DNA of 64,000 nt from Rhynchobatus australiae (GCA_034780895.1 JAUZTB010000077.1:11955615-12019614); one strand, 5' to 3'. Counted from the first letter of the stretch, positions 36,770 to 50,156 are shown. Numbers and translations: made by a program. The notes: a model not told the origin generated them from the letters alone.

Positions 36770-37945
36770 TGTCTGGTATCAGGCACAAGAATGACGAGGC
36801 CTGCTCAAAGAGCTGATTGAGTGTAATTAGGATCTCAGTACTAGGGACACAGGCCTGGGAGAGGACATCAATTGACTACCAGTACATCTGGAGGGTTTTG
36901 CAGAAACAGTATTCTTCAAGTGCACTGATATGCCTACTAAAAGTAGTCCAAGTCTCAGAAGTATACAAGAGGGCTAGGATCACTTCTGCCTGGTAGAGTA
37001 AGAGTTTTCTGCCAGGTTTGAGTTTTGATTTTCAAACATTCTTTTCCTCAACACACTGAAGGCAATGGTCAACTTTACAATTTGTCTCCCTTTGCTGTCT
37101 TCGGTCTCTTGAGGAAAATAAAGTTTGAATATCAAGAGATATGAAAAGTGGTCCATGATTTTCAGCGTCTCGCCTTTCACCTTTATTGTTGGAGAGTGAT
37201 GTTGTACAGAGGGCTTAGTTGAGGAATGTCTTACAGATTCTGGATGCAATGTCCATCCTCTTGTATGTTGCAGTTGATGATGGCTTGGAACTCAGCCTCT
37301 TAGCACATGTAAGTACAAGCATTGTCTGCATACTGCTGCTCAACCACTGAGCTTGGGGGCGACCTTGGTTCAATAGTATCATCTTCATAGGTTGAATTGT
37401 TTCCTATTAGTTCTGAAGATTAGCTCCACTTCCACATGAAGTCTGTTGGAGGTGAAATTGAGCACTGCAACAAGAATGACTGAAATGAGGAAAACCACAC
37501 AACCATGTTTGACACCAGTCTTCAGCAAGATTGGTTTATTTGTACACCCATTGGCTTGCAAGAAAACACTCAATTCCAAGCTCCATCATGGGAAAAGATA
37601 CCAGACAGAGAGGAACATTCAAGGATGGTTTCAAAGCTTCCTTGAAAAAAAATGCAACACCCCCAGTGTCTCCTTGGAATCCCTGGCTCAAAACCACTTT
37701 AAATGGAGGAACAACATTTGGGATGGTATCGAGAACCTCCAGCCCCTGTATCAGGTACACACAGAATCACAATTTATATGACAAAATGAATGCATCACTT
37801 CCAAAACTACTCACGTGCCTGGCCCAGCAAATATTTCCTGCTCTATCTGGGGAAAGTCTGCAGTTCCTACATTGGTTTCCTCCCAAAGTCACCTCAGATC
37901 CCACAGAACCAGAGTGGAATTAAGTCATCATCTTAGGCCTGTGAT
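36770..37945. mobile_element. RTE (BovB-like) LINE with 5' inversion: minus part about 36770-37555, plus part about 37558-37945
   Basis: Minus: KTGVKHGCVV..ELIFRTNRKQFNL, QYADNA (YADN at 37321-37332), TIKVKGETLKIMDHFSYL. Plus: LHHGKR..FKDGFKASLKK..ESLAQNHFKWRNNIWDGIENL and the tail gtggaattaagtcatc. Confidence 0.85.
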
Positions 37946-37949
37946 GACA

Positions 37950-38330
37950 GGTGAAAGTACAATCAAGAAGGTTACTAGATGCATGGATGAAGATTTCAGC
38001 AGCAGATAACCTGAAGCAAGAAAAAAAAACTGGACAATGCTACAAAAGGTTGTCTTTGCAAATGGAGAGGATATGGAAAGGAAATGTCAACTCAGGGTCA
38101 AATGAAGTCTAAGAACAATCCAGTCCAGTTTGCACATGTGGCCAAATAAAATTGGTAGCAGTGAAATGCAGGTTAATACAATGATATTCATGTTGTTAAA
38201 GAGCAAGAACCCATAGCTTGCCCAAGGCCAGAATGGATTGGTCAACATCACAAAGGGATTGAAGAGAAATTGAACTATACATTATTATTGACACATACAA
38301 CCCAAAATCATGCTTTCAGATAAAACTCAC
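37950..38330 (-). mobile_element. Old L2-like LINE remnant, probably continuous with about 36610-36765 and split by the RTE
   Basis: aggttactagatgcatggatgaagatttcagcagcagataacctgaagc..caactcagggtcaaat resembles antisense L2 ORF2. Confidence 0.45.
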
Positions 38331-39104
38331 TAAACTGCTGGAAATGTAAAATCTAATTAAAGATAAAATGATCTGAAATTTGTTTTTCTCAACTGCCTGA
38401 ACTGCATTTTCTGTTTTCAAGTCTTCGGATGAAACCACCGACAAATAGCATCACTGAAGATAGGAAATTAGAGGAGGTTTAGAATAAATCTTTCAGGTTG
38501 TGATGGTGGTGTTGGTGGTTGGGGGGAAGGGAGGGGGTCAGTGATAATAACAGATTAAAATAGTGAGGCTGATTGGAGGTATCCACCACGTGAAAATAAA
38601 TAGAATGTCAAGTCAGAAATTAAACTATATCATGGAGAAAACTACGCACAGCTTTCTTATGTGACAATAGATTCAATGACTTTGGAAACAAAAAGGAATC
38701 AGAGATGGGGAAGTAGTTTGCAGGACCAGGGATTTGAGAAAGGAGGAGTATTGTGAAGAAAGAGCTTGACATTTTCTAATAGGAGACAGTAGCAAATTTG
38801 TTAAACAAGGAGGACATGACACAAGGGAAAACAATTTACAACATCATTACAAGTAGTAAACATCCCAATGAATAATCCCAAGAAATATCCACATCGGATA
38901 AATCCACTTCCTTTACTTTCCCATCTCCCAGTAGGACATTTAGCCAACAATTTAAGAAACTGCCATAGATCCAAGCTGAGTTGCTTCAAGCACTGAGTCA
39001 TTAATAGGAATGAGAAAAGGGGTTAGAAACAGAGGAAGAGAAAGAGGAGAAAAAGGGAAAAGATGAAAAATTCAAGTTTACTACTGAAGGGAAATTGAAT
39101 CAAT

Positions 39105-39180
39105 CCTCCTATCCATTCCCTCCGTGGATGCTGCCTGACCTGCTGAGTTCCTGCAGCACTTTGCGTATTGCTCCCATCCA
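39105..39180. mobile_element. Penelope terminal-repeat fragment
   Basis: cctatccattccctccgtggatgctgcctgacctgctgagttcctgcagcactttgcgtattgctcc is the reverse complement of the repeat at about 54900-54970. Confidence 0.75.
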
Positions 39181-40374
39181 TTTTATTTATTTCAACTTTA
39201 AGCTGTACATGTTCTTCTTTCCCAAGTCTATCAGTAAAATCAAAGAAATTCTCAAATCAAAGAAAATACAAATAATCAACTGCAGATTCACATTAACTGG
39301 CCTCATTCATTGAGAGCAACAGCAATAAAGTCAAAATGGGAGTAGTTACTGTCCATAACCCATCTGTGACTGCATAATGTCCACCACCTAATAATATAAA
39401 CCACTTAAAGTACCAGGTTCCCCAATAACTTTAAGAAATCCAGACTATTAACAAGTACAGAAGAAACCTTTTCATTCAAGTTAAAATTAGCCTACAGTAG
39501 AATCACTTTATAGACTACCATTGCATAAACAGGTTTAGGTATGTTCTTACAGTCAATGGCAAATAGTGTGTATTCAGCAATGATCTTGCTTTCCTCTGGA
39601 CTTTGCACTTAAGTTTTCCCAATTCTGGCAAAGCTGGCAGCCTGGCACCATCTACAGGGAATCTGTGGAATCTAGGAACAGTGAAGTCACCATACCAACT
39701 AGATTAAAGATAATTCAAAGAGAAAACAAGTAGAAAGCATGATTGTTTTCCCCAACATTTTACAGAAGGCAACCTAAAATTTGGGAAATGATAAAGCTAG
39801 AACTTAAGATATAACATTTATTGTAGAAATTTATGGAATGGAAAGAATGACACCACACAAACTTAATTGTTGCAAGATCTGAAAAGTTATTTAATAGCAA
39901 TTAAAGGCTTAGTACATTCAATTAAGCTTAACATTTTCAGCACTTTCTGCAATGAGAGTAGCGCACACAAAAAAACAAATTCACATCAAATGACTGACTC
40001 TCCAGTGAAGGCACCCGTCAAACAAAGCAACCAGTGTAGGAACATTTAAGTGCATGTGTAGACCCTAAAAGTTATCAGTTTTATACAGAACTGTGGTATT
40101 ATTGCCATCATCACAATCACAAGATCCATTTAAGTTCCAAGTTTTCTATGCATGAGTGATAACATAAAAGCAAAGACAAAAGGTTCAGATCCTGATATAT
40201 TCTAAATCTAAGCTGCATCATGCAAGGTGTTATCACCCCATGAATGGACTTGGGGGGGGGGGGGGGGGGGAGAAGAATTAAAATTTTTATAATGCAAGGA
40301 CCAGCTGGTGGTTAGCTGGGGTGAATTGGCCTGCATTCACATGGTCACAGGTATCTGCCTCTTCAGAGGAAAGT

Positions 40375-40500
40375 AGAAATAAGACAGTGACATTCATCTC
40401 CTCAACACTATTCCACCCTTCAATTAGGTCATGGCTAATATGTCCCAACTCCATTCTACCAGTCTTGATCACGTAACCCTCAACATACCTGCCTAGCAAA
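40375..40500 (-). mobile_element. CR1 3' tail fragment
   Basis: Antisense tail ttccacccttcaattaggtcatggctaat..caactccattct. Confidence 0.55.
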
Positions 40501-40519
40501 ACAAGTTCTCAATCCAAAT

Positions 40520-40806
40520 CAAGAACTGGAGGGGATAGGTTTAAGGTGAGAGGGAATATATTTACATAGGAACTTGAGGGGCAACTTTAAAAAAAAACAG
40601 AAGGTGGTACATGTATAGAATAAGCTGTCAGAGGAAGTAGTCAGGCAGGTACAATAACTATTTAAAAGATGGTTGGACAGGTACATGGAAAGGTTTGGAA
40701 GGATATGGGCCAAGCTTGGGAAAATGAGACTAGCTTGGATGGGCATCTTGGTCAGCATGGACCAGGGCCGAAGGACATATTTCCATGCTGTATGACTCTA
40801 TGACTC
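40520..40806 (+). mobile_element. CR1 LINE 3' end
   Basis: agaactggaggggataggtttaaggtgagaggg...gggccgaaggacatatttccatgctgtatgactctatgactc, with the (atgactct)n microsatellite terminus typical of CR1. Confidence 0.88.
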
Positions 40807-43289
40807 ATTACTAAATATTTCCTAAACAGTTTTGTTTGAGAAGAGATTTTCAGATATTTATTACTCTGTGTTCCTAACATCACCTCTTATTAGCAGCAGA
40901 GGTTTCTGGTCAAGTAGATAAAGGAAGAACATCCTCAGCAACAAAAGAAGGGAAGAGGCAGAACACGGAGAAGGGGTGGGGTGAGTGAAATTTCTTGGAT
41001 TGACCAGAGATCTACAATTAATTCTACGCAGCCTACACAATATACCGCACTTGTGCACACACACCAGTAATACCAGTACACCAGTTTGTTACCTGGACCA
41101 TTGGTCAATTAGTTCCATCATACCTTCCATGACTAGAACTTTGATTCTGAAGGGATTGCTTAACTTTGCAGAAATTTGCTGTCCAAAATCAAATGTGCAA
41201 ATAAAATTAACCATTTTGACAGATATAGATCAAAATAACAACTGTCCAACCTCTTTGTGTATTTCATCAAATCAACATGCTCATGACCATACTGCATAAT
41301 AGTGAATATTTCAATGGTGAAATATGGAAAAGCTTTATAGAATACATTTAGCTGTTAAGTCAAAAAATCTTCAACAATTTATTATGCTACCTTTCAACAG
41401 ATTCAGCAAAATCTGTAGAAAATTGAAAATTTTCAAATGTTCCATATATTTACTGTCAGAATATAAAAGACTTCCATATTGCAAGCTATATTAAAAAAAT
41501 GACAAGGGTGAAATTATATGGGAACTGAAACTAACTTCAATTTACAGGCTTGAAGAAGAATGCAGTGATTATGATTCACAATAAACATTATGTGCCTTTG
41601 AAAAAAATGAGGGAAGCCTTTTTCAGAATAACCTACATTTATATATTGATTTAAATGAAGGAAACATTCCAGTACATTTTTTATGAATTGAAAAGCATAC
41701 AAGAAATAAAGGCATGCAAATATTCCAGCGATTGGCATTGGAATTAAGAGTTTATGGGACTGCCTTAATTAGCAGACTAATTTATGAATTCAGAAACTTC
41801 CAAATTTGATCTTTCATTACGATATATAGTACTACCTCCATCTGTAAAGGTAGGACTACGTTATGCCCAAAGATTAATCATTTAAAGCTTGGCAGATAAC
41901 ATATCAGCATCACAGCATTTCTACAGAAAACAAACTGGTTTCATTTTCACACAGTTAAGAAATACCCCCAAAAAAATGTTATTAAAACTTCTCTGGTCGA
42001 AACATTTGAGTGGAATGATTCCATGTCAAAGGTGCACACACACACACAAATATTACTGAAACATATAAAACATACTACCCATGGAAACTGGCCATTACCC
42101 CTACTTCTACCACATTAGCCCACACTTCATGTACCAAAAGGGCTACATTCAAATCTCAGCGAATCACATCAAGAGACAGATATGCACTTCACAGTGATCA
42201 ATCACAAAAGCATTCCAATTCCTAATGTGTAGACTGCTAAACCATTTGGCTGCAAGTAGTAAAAGCCAGCAAAAGCAGGCCAAGCATACTGCAAAAGCAG
42301 CATAAAGGATGTGAAACAGAAACTCAGAAAGAGGGAAAAGGAATATTATGCTACAAACAGCCACCTGTTTTTATGCACAGTGGATTCATTTTTTATGCTG
42401 CATACTTGAAACAGAAGCTGTATTATTCTAACGGATTAAAATGTCAGGCAAACCATACAGTTAATGCCTTTTGCAGGCCTCCATTATATCACAATGTGAT
42501 AGATGGTCATTTTTTATAATGCAATATTTTATGCTTCATCAACTTACAAATAACTGATGCCTTATCACGCAAAGTGGAGAAACAAGCAGCAGCAACCGGA
42601 GCAATTCCCAGTGCTATTCATGTTCTCACTTAACCACAGCTGGTGTGTAGTTTGCATAGAAAATCCCCACATGCTCCAGCTCTGACAACATTTCACACCA
42701 GTCCTGATAAGTTCCAGTATCCACAACTGTGCAATAACCTCCTTCTTATTTGTTTCACCTGCTCAGTCCCTTCAGGCCCACTAATGGCATGCCTGTGGGA
42801 TTGTGAGAATCCTCAACTACGCACAGCAGACTTATTTGTAGACAGCATTTCTGCATTAGAAACGAGCAGTGAAAAGCAGTGCACAAATGAGCTGAGCATG
42901 GCTGAAGCTGTACAGTAAGCTTCATGGTAAGCTCATCTGTATGCTTTCCCTCCAAGATTCTTGATGCTAGTGCCAGATAGTACAAATTGGCANNNNNNNN
43001 NNNNNNNNNNNNNNNNNNNNNNNNNNNNNNNNNNNNNNNNNNNNNNNNNNNNNNNNNNNNNNNNNNNNNNNNNNNNNNNNNNNNNNNNNNNTTATACTGG
43101 CAAGTTCATTATTTTTCTTCTGCTGTCAGGACTATGCAGGATACCGACAAACCGAGTCATTTTCACAGAATACATTCTGTGAGTTATAATACACTTGAGC
43201 TTCCAGATAAACCCACAAATGTAAAATGCACATTATTCAAGCCACCAGTAAAAACAGAGAGATGATGGGTGCATTTATTTGATGCCCAT

Positions 43290-43600
43290 TCATACAAAGC
43301 TGTATTATGGGTAATCTGCTATGTGTATTTAATAAATCATCCTGGTTAGGTGGGCAGGATTAGTTTCAAGTCACCTAATGACTATATTATGAGCAGCAGT
43401 ATTAAAAGGATTAATATTAATCTGAGTTGTTTCAGCTAACTGGCGCAGATTGTCCACAGTGCTGACAGCAACAGCAGCACCAGAAGTAATCCTAAACTGA
43501 AGCAAAAGATTAATGAGAGCTTTAGCATTCCGCCTGTGAGTTTTAATTTACCAAATGAAACAGCAGTAAAGCCCAGTGTATATTGCAATTCAGTCCATGA
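43290..43600. promoter_or_regulatory. Candidate enhancer: cluster of K50-homeodomain (TAATCC/TAATCT) sites
   Basis: TAATCT 43312, GGATTA 43357, GGATTA 43408, TAATCT 43418, TAATCC 43487, AGATTA 43507. TGCTGACAGCA at 43460-43470. No recognisable repeat in the block. Confidence 0.4.
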
Positions 43601-43834
43601 ATAAACACATAGCAAGTCTCAGATAGCTGATCCTTGTGTTAGCCATTCATTCACAATATTCCTCTTGTAACTAATATCACCAAAGCCGCCATGGAATTTC
43701 AGCATCAAGCAAGTTCAGTCTTATCTTCCTCACTTAGTGCCATATCAAATGATGCCAGTTTTAGGTCAATTGTTCCAGGTTGAGAGGTAGGCTGCTCCAG
43801 CAATTTGTATTATTCATTTTAAAACTTAGATGAA

Positions 43835-44130
43835 TGCAGTGGTGAGAGTACAGCACTCTGAAAGCTGCCATCTTTCAGAAAGTGAGGACCAGCTCCTCTC
43901 GACTGGTCTCAAAACATTCCACGGCAAGTTCACCCATGTTCTGACGATCAACTAACCTCACTAATACAGTGTCCAATCATTCATCTCATTGCTGTTAATC
44001 AGTGTGTACAAATTGGCTGCCATATTTTCCATATTACAACAATGACCACACTTCCAAAAAACAAAGCAATCTTTCTAAAGCACTTGAGAACTCACCCAAG
44101 ATGGTGAAAGGTACAATATAATTGGGTTTT
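43835..44130 (+). mobile_element. SacSINE1/Deu-domain SINE remnant
   Basis: gctgccatctttcag..cattcatctcattgctgtt..gtgtacaaattggctgccatattttccatattacaacaatgaccacacttc..gtgaaaggtacaatataa. Confidence 0.7.
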
Positions 44131-45144
44131 GTTATTTTATATGAAAGAAAACAAACTCAAGATAAAGCACTTTAAAAAGTTTTCAGTCAGAGAATATCAT
44201 GAAATGATTCTTCGCCATTCTCCAGCTATAAGCTGGATAAATTTCTACTTTTGACTGCTCATTACCTAATGTTGCACTGACCACATTATTTTTGCCATTT
44301 TCCTCATTAAGCTAAAAATGTTCTTATTATGGATGATATGTCATAGTTTTGTTTTAAAACCCAGAAGCATACTTTTTCTTGATATAGATGAATCAAATAT
44401 TTTCATATCCAAACTAAAAATCAGGAGGGCCTGTTTAGTGTTGACAGAAAATAATTTCCTCAGTTATGCACTTAAGAAACCCAAGTTACTTCTGATCATA
44501 ATTAATTGCAGCTATTATGTTGAACAAATTACTCCATGCTTCAGCAACAAACCAAATCATTATCACCTCCGCCAACCTCAAAAAAAACAGAAGATATTAA
44601 TTGTTAGTTTTAAAAAGTTGGTCTTGCTCAGAATTTTCTTCCTCAGAAGCACATCTTAACTTCTCACAATTCACTGCCTATACAAAATTCCAAAGTAAAG
44701 GCAAGAAATGCATAACCTAAACAGTACCGAACAGAAATTGCTCTAACTTCCAAATAATGAACTTACAAAAGGTAAATCCAACTGTGGCTGTTGGTAGAAA
44801 TGATTTTATTCATTACCAATAAATTTAAAGAAAAAAGCAACACTCCCAATCACACTTCTACCACCAGTTGTCTTCTTCTTGCATCCTTGGACGAAAGACC
44901 TTCCATTATCATCTCCAAATACTAATGAATATCAGTAACCAAAGTACTAGAAATAGAAAAGTAGCACCATCATTAGCTTTCTGTACATTTTTATGAGCAA
45001 GCAGGCTAAAGCAATAACATAATGCTGAACCATTAAAAATCAGTCTTTTTGACTCTCCAAAATTAAGAGGTTGGCTAAAACAATATTTTTCCCCCCCACT
45101 GTTTCCTGTCTTGAAAAATTTTGACTTAATTTGTTTTACATCAA

Positions 45145-45365
45145 CAGGGGAAGAACACTGAGTGGAATATTTATCCCTCGATCAACACTTTACATAAAAG
45201 GACTCTCTAGTCAATAGAATGGAATAATTTGTGGGGGATTACTGTGCATAAATTGATTGCTGTGTTCTACATTAAACAGTGACCACCTTTAAATAGCTTT
45301 ACAGGATGCAAAGCATTATTAGGACATCCTGAGGATGTGAATGACATTGTAGAATGACAAGTCAG
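45145..45365 (+). mobile_element. SacSINE1/Deu-domain SINE remnant (3' half)
   Basis: aatatttatccctcgatcaacac..tttgtgggggattactgtgcataaattg..acagtgaccac..ggacatcctgaggatgtgaa. Confidence 0.65.
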
Positions 45366-48300
45366 AATGCAAAAATCATCCTGCGATATTCTACAGGCAA
45401 CTGTTTTTTCATCCCAGTCTATGATCAGGACTAAAATATAAATAAAATGAAATAAAAGAACTTCGTGTTAACTTCTATAGCCAGCAACTCAGTTTTGATC
45501 AAGATAAAAAAGGTCCAAATAGGTAATGATCTCCGATGTTAATTGAAATCTGGATCCCCTCACTTGTGTCAGAATTTCCATTAAAACTGCTTCCATTGCT
45601 TTGCCCATTTATGACACAATTTCTTTNNNNNNNNNNNNNNNNNNNNNNNNNNNNNNNNNNNNNNNNNNNNNNNNNNNNNNNNNNNNNNNNNNNNNNNNNN
45701 NNNNNNNNNNNNNNNNNNNNNNNNNNCTCTGCTAAATCAGTTTTATCATCTCTAATTACTTTACTAGTCTCACCAAACTCCAGAACATTCTATATTGATA
45801 TTCAATTTACAGACTACAGAAGAGTCAGCAATAAAGCAGCAAGATGTAACCATAAAGAGCCAAAATCAGATATGGTCACTTGCATTCCAGAATCAAGCAA
45901 TAAAAAAAAACTCGTAAAGGCAGGGTACTCAAATAATGCTGCCATTTTCATGGAAAACTTATTTTACTTAGAGACCATGAAAATGAATATAACTCAACAA
46001 ATGGGAAGCAATCCAATTGATGCATTACTGAAAAAAATGTTATGGTATAATCAACCACAGATTTAATTTAAACTTTAGTGCTGTAAACAGTTTAGGCCAA
46101 TTCACATGAGAATGTGCATTGCACATCCAAAATACTTCTTCCAAATGGTTATCCTTATTTTACATGTTTTAATAAAGTACATTAGACATCACAACCAGAG
46201 TGAAAAGCAAAACAGTCTTGAATTGCACTTAGTTTCTCAGAGTTTTGTAGACGTATTTCCACATCTTACTTTAAACACCACAATTTGACTGTAGATTTTT
46301 AAATCAATTCCAAATTCCTGAGCTGCATATCATAATATAAAACAAAATCGCAGTTTACAAGATTGACAAGAACAGGGTCAACATCTTTGGCCTTGTTCAT
46401 CTGTGAATGTTACAATGTTTATTCTTTCATCATTTGCTAATTTTGAATGCTTGATTCCAATAGTTTCTGAATAAATATTGTAGATTAAACTTCCTGTTTA
46501 TATCAAAAATATTTTCATCTTTTAACTGCACTTTATACATAGATTTCAAACCTTAATTTAAAAGGAGTTAACAAATAACTTCAAGGCCGTCATAGTACTC
46601 CTAGCAATACAGTCAACACATTGGTCAGATTAAGATCCCAATTGGAGATATTACCTGGCACTTCCTGATTTCCATAATGGAACCCTCAGAAGTACGTTCT
46701 TCAGCATTGTCAGCATTTTGCGAGGATGTACAAAACCCATACTTCAGACAGGGTGGAAATTGCAAACTTCTCCCCATCTCCTGAACAATTAAAACAGCCC
46801 AAAAAATCCTTTGGTATTTGATGGTTTTTGTATTTGCCTATATAGCATTCACTGCATTTTTATGCCAACAATATTTAAGTCACTTGATAAAGCATTAGCC
46901 AAGCAGCATCTTTTATTTGGCATATTCCTAAATACTTGCAATCCTGAATATGCCAGGTACAAACCAAAATGCATAGATGTAAAATCCAACAGTATACTCT
47001 ATGAGAGTACTTCACCCAACAATTTATGGATCATTAATTCCACAGTGTACAATTTTAATTTGCATTGGGAAGACCAAGGTTGCTTGAAATAACAATAACT
47101 GACTATTCCATAAATGATTAAAACTTCAGACAATTAGGTTATAATAACAGAAAAACAAGGTAAATATAATCTTGCACACAAACTTGTTGACATTTACACT
47201 CCTGTACAAGGAGTTTGCCACCAGTGTAGATAGCTATTGGCAGTAAACTAATAAAGCAGCAGTACAGTCTTAGTGACACCCTACATTTAAGGCAGCACTA
47301 ACTCAACCATCAAGATAAATACAATGCTGCATGCTGAGACAAAAGCAGTTAAGAATCCATGCCTACTTACATTCTAGTATGTCTATTTACAGGCTGCAAA
47401 GTAGCCACTACCCAAAGAAAAATCATCAAGAACATGAACATTAAAGCATGTGTGCAATCCAGATGCCACAAACCTCCTATGCTAAAACTTTCAACACAAT
47501 TACTGCAAGGGCCTCCTACGTGCCACACACTTAGGCTGTGTTCTCCAGTACAGAGACTTTTAAAAGGAATTTGATAAACTGGATAGCAGTTGCATTTTCA
47601 ATGTCTGGATATCATGTGTTTTTTTTAAAATAAAAGAAAAACACAAATATATATTCTGCCAGAGAAATTTAGTTCAGAGCAAAGATTATCTCAGGTGTAC
47701 TACATGATGAAAAATTAAAATGCAAGCTCAGGCCTGCAATTTCTCACTCAGCAAGTTCAAAATGATACAAGAGATGCCATCTGGAGTGTGGTGCTTCAAA
47801 TGATGATTAAAGTCACAGATTTAGCCTTTTTGACCCAGTCACATACACATCAGCTCAATGCAAAGTAGTGATAGTCTTCATTTTTTCCATCTCAGAGTAA
47901 ACATTATGCAAGGAACCATCAACGGTTGCATTACAGAAATGTCCAGTGCTTTATTTATACTCTTGGAAGGGAGTATGGAAAAAATAGCTGCTCACAAAGG
48001 TTAAATGGCAGAGGAGTGAAGTTTCAAAACAGTATCAAAGAGGCAAATCAATTACAAGAGATCTGGATTGGTTTGGAGGATAAACGTATGATTGCCAATT
48101 GGCAAATGGGTTACAGAACTGTATCGTAGGAATATAATCTTAACAACTTCAGATACNNNNNNNNNNNNNNNNNNNNNNNNNNNNNNNNNNNNNNNNNNNN
48201 NNNNNNNNNNNNNNNNNNNNNNNNNNNNNNNNNNNNNNNNNNNNNNNNNNNNNNNNNNNNNNNNNNNNNNNNNNNNNNNNNNNNNNNNNNNNNNNNNNNN

Positions 48301-48621
48301 NNNNNNNNNNNNNNNNNNNNNNNNNNNNNNNNNNNNNNNNNNNNNNNNNNNNNNNNNNNNNNNNNNNNNNNNNNNNNNNNNNNNNTTCATTCCATGTACC
48401 CATTCAATACAAATTCCAAAAGTGGATTTTCTGTATAATTCGCGCCTATGACACCCAAGGGAACAGGCTTAGATATTGTCACATTCTGTTGAATCAAATG
48501 ACATTAGCTGAAACTCATAGGGCAGCAGCACATATGGAGATTAAGTTTAATTGGAGGAGGTTGAATACATTCTCAACTACCAGTAATGTAACCAAGGAAA
48601 ATAGAAAAACTCAAATGAAAA

Positions 48622-48962
48622 AAAACTTGCATTAAATAACTGATTTCACAACCTCAAGATGCCCTACATCATTTACAGACAATGGAATGTAATCACTGCC
48701 TAAATGCACCGAAACTCAAGTCACCACATTTGTGCACAAAATAGTTTGCGAAAAACCAGGGCACCAAAAAGCAAATAATCTGGCAGATAATGGTTGATGG
48801 ATAAACTGACCAAGATACCATCAGAAGACCCCTCACTGAATGAATTGTTTATGACACCCGTTTTATGTTTCATCTGAACGATAGCATCATAGAAGTGCAA
48901 AATCCTCAGCAAGGCACTGTATCCTTAAAGTACAATGGACTTGAGTCATAACTTTCCAACTC
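48622..48962 (-). mobile_element. SacSINE1/Deu-domain SINE remnant
   Basis: Antisense: acttgcattaaataac..tttcacaacctcaagatgccc..tttacagacaatg..tttatgtttcatctgaacgatagcatc..ggacttgagtcataactttc. Confidence 0.55.
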
Positions 48963-49599
48963 TAAATGAAAATTTAAAAAACTGCAGATGTTTGAAATCT
49001 AAAGTCAAAACAGAAAATGCTGGAAACCTCAGCAAATCAGGCAACATCTGTGGGAAAGAACCAGAAGCTGCTGACTCCAGTAGGTATGCAGACAAACTGA
49101 AGACAAACTTACAGACATTTAAGAAATGGAATATTTGAAGGATGTTACATTTCAGCATCAACTAGATGAAATGGAAAATCTCATCTTGCCAGAACAAGAT
49201 GGTTCAAATAAGTGGAACAAAACAAGAATGGAACCAAGGCACATTATTCAAGTTGTCATCATAGTTACCATTGTAATGTTTGGTGGTAATCTGCCAAGGG
49301 GACATGCATTCAGAGAAGCAATAATATTCATATTGCTCAACCACTGCGCCATTTTGTTGAATTTGGCAACAATCATACAATCCCATTGTAATATACATCA
49401 GGAAATTACATAGAACCAGACACCAAAGGAACTGATTTCAAAATAAATTTCAAATTAGAGTCCATTTCCTAAAGTTTCATTTAAAAATTGCAGAAGAAGA
49501 TTTATCAGGACGGCTTCAGGAGGTCTGGATAACTGAAAATCTATATGGGAAAAGGATTTAGTAATCCACGTAAAAAAGAATTGCAGACAATGCTATAAA

Positions 49600-50156
49600 T
49601 ACAAACAAATGCTTGTTAGACTATATTTGGAGTACTGTATGTAGTTCTGGTCACCATATTATAAGGAAGGATGAGGATGCAAAGTGTTTCACCAGAGCAT
49701 TGCCTAGATTCCAGAGCATTAGCTATTAGGAGAGGTTAGACAAACTTGGATTGTTTTCTCTGGAGCATTGGACGCTGAGAGGCGAGCTGATAGAAGTACA
49801 TGAAAGGCAAAGGTAGAGTAGATAGTCAGAGTAGTTTTCCCAGGGCACCAGTGTGAAACACATGAGGGCATAGATTTAAGATGGAAGAGGGAAAAGTTTA
49901 AAAGGTGACTTGAGGCAAAATTTTTTTTCAATATACACAAGTGGCAAGTGCCTGGAACAGGCCGTCAGGGAAGGTAGTGGAAGCAGATATAATAGCAACA
50001 TTTAAGAGGCATTTAGACAGGTGCATAAACAAGTAGGGAATGGAGGGATATAGACCATGTAGTGGCAGATGGGATTAGTTTAAATTGGCATCATAATCAG
50101 TATAGACGTCTTCAGTCAATAGGACCCGTTCCTGTGATTTACTGTTCCATGTTCTA
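49600..50156 (+). mobile_element. CR1 LINE 3' end
   Basis: LEYCM*FWSPYYKEG..SY*ERLDKLGLFSLEHWTLRGELIEV pattern. Tail ggacccgttcctgtgatttactgttccatgttcta. Confidence 0.85.

Noticed and set aside
40252-40270. Poly-G tracts (also about 32988-33003 and 35712-35727) as G-quadruplex elements
   Set aside because: These are simple homopolymers, some beside gaps, so their length is unreliable, and there is no functional evidence.
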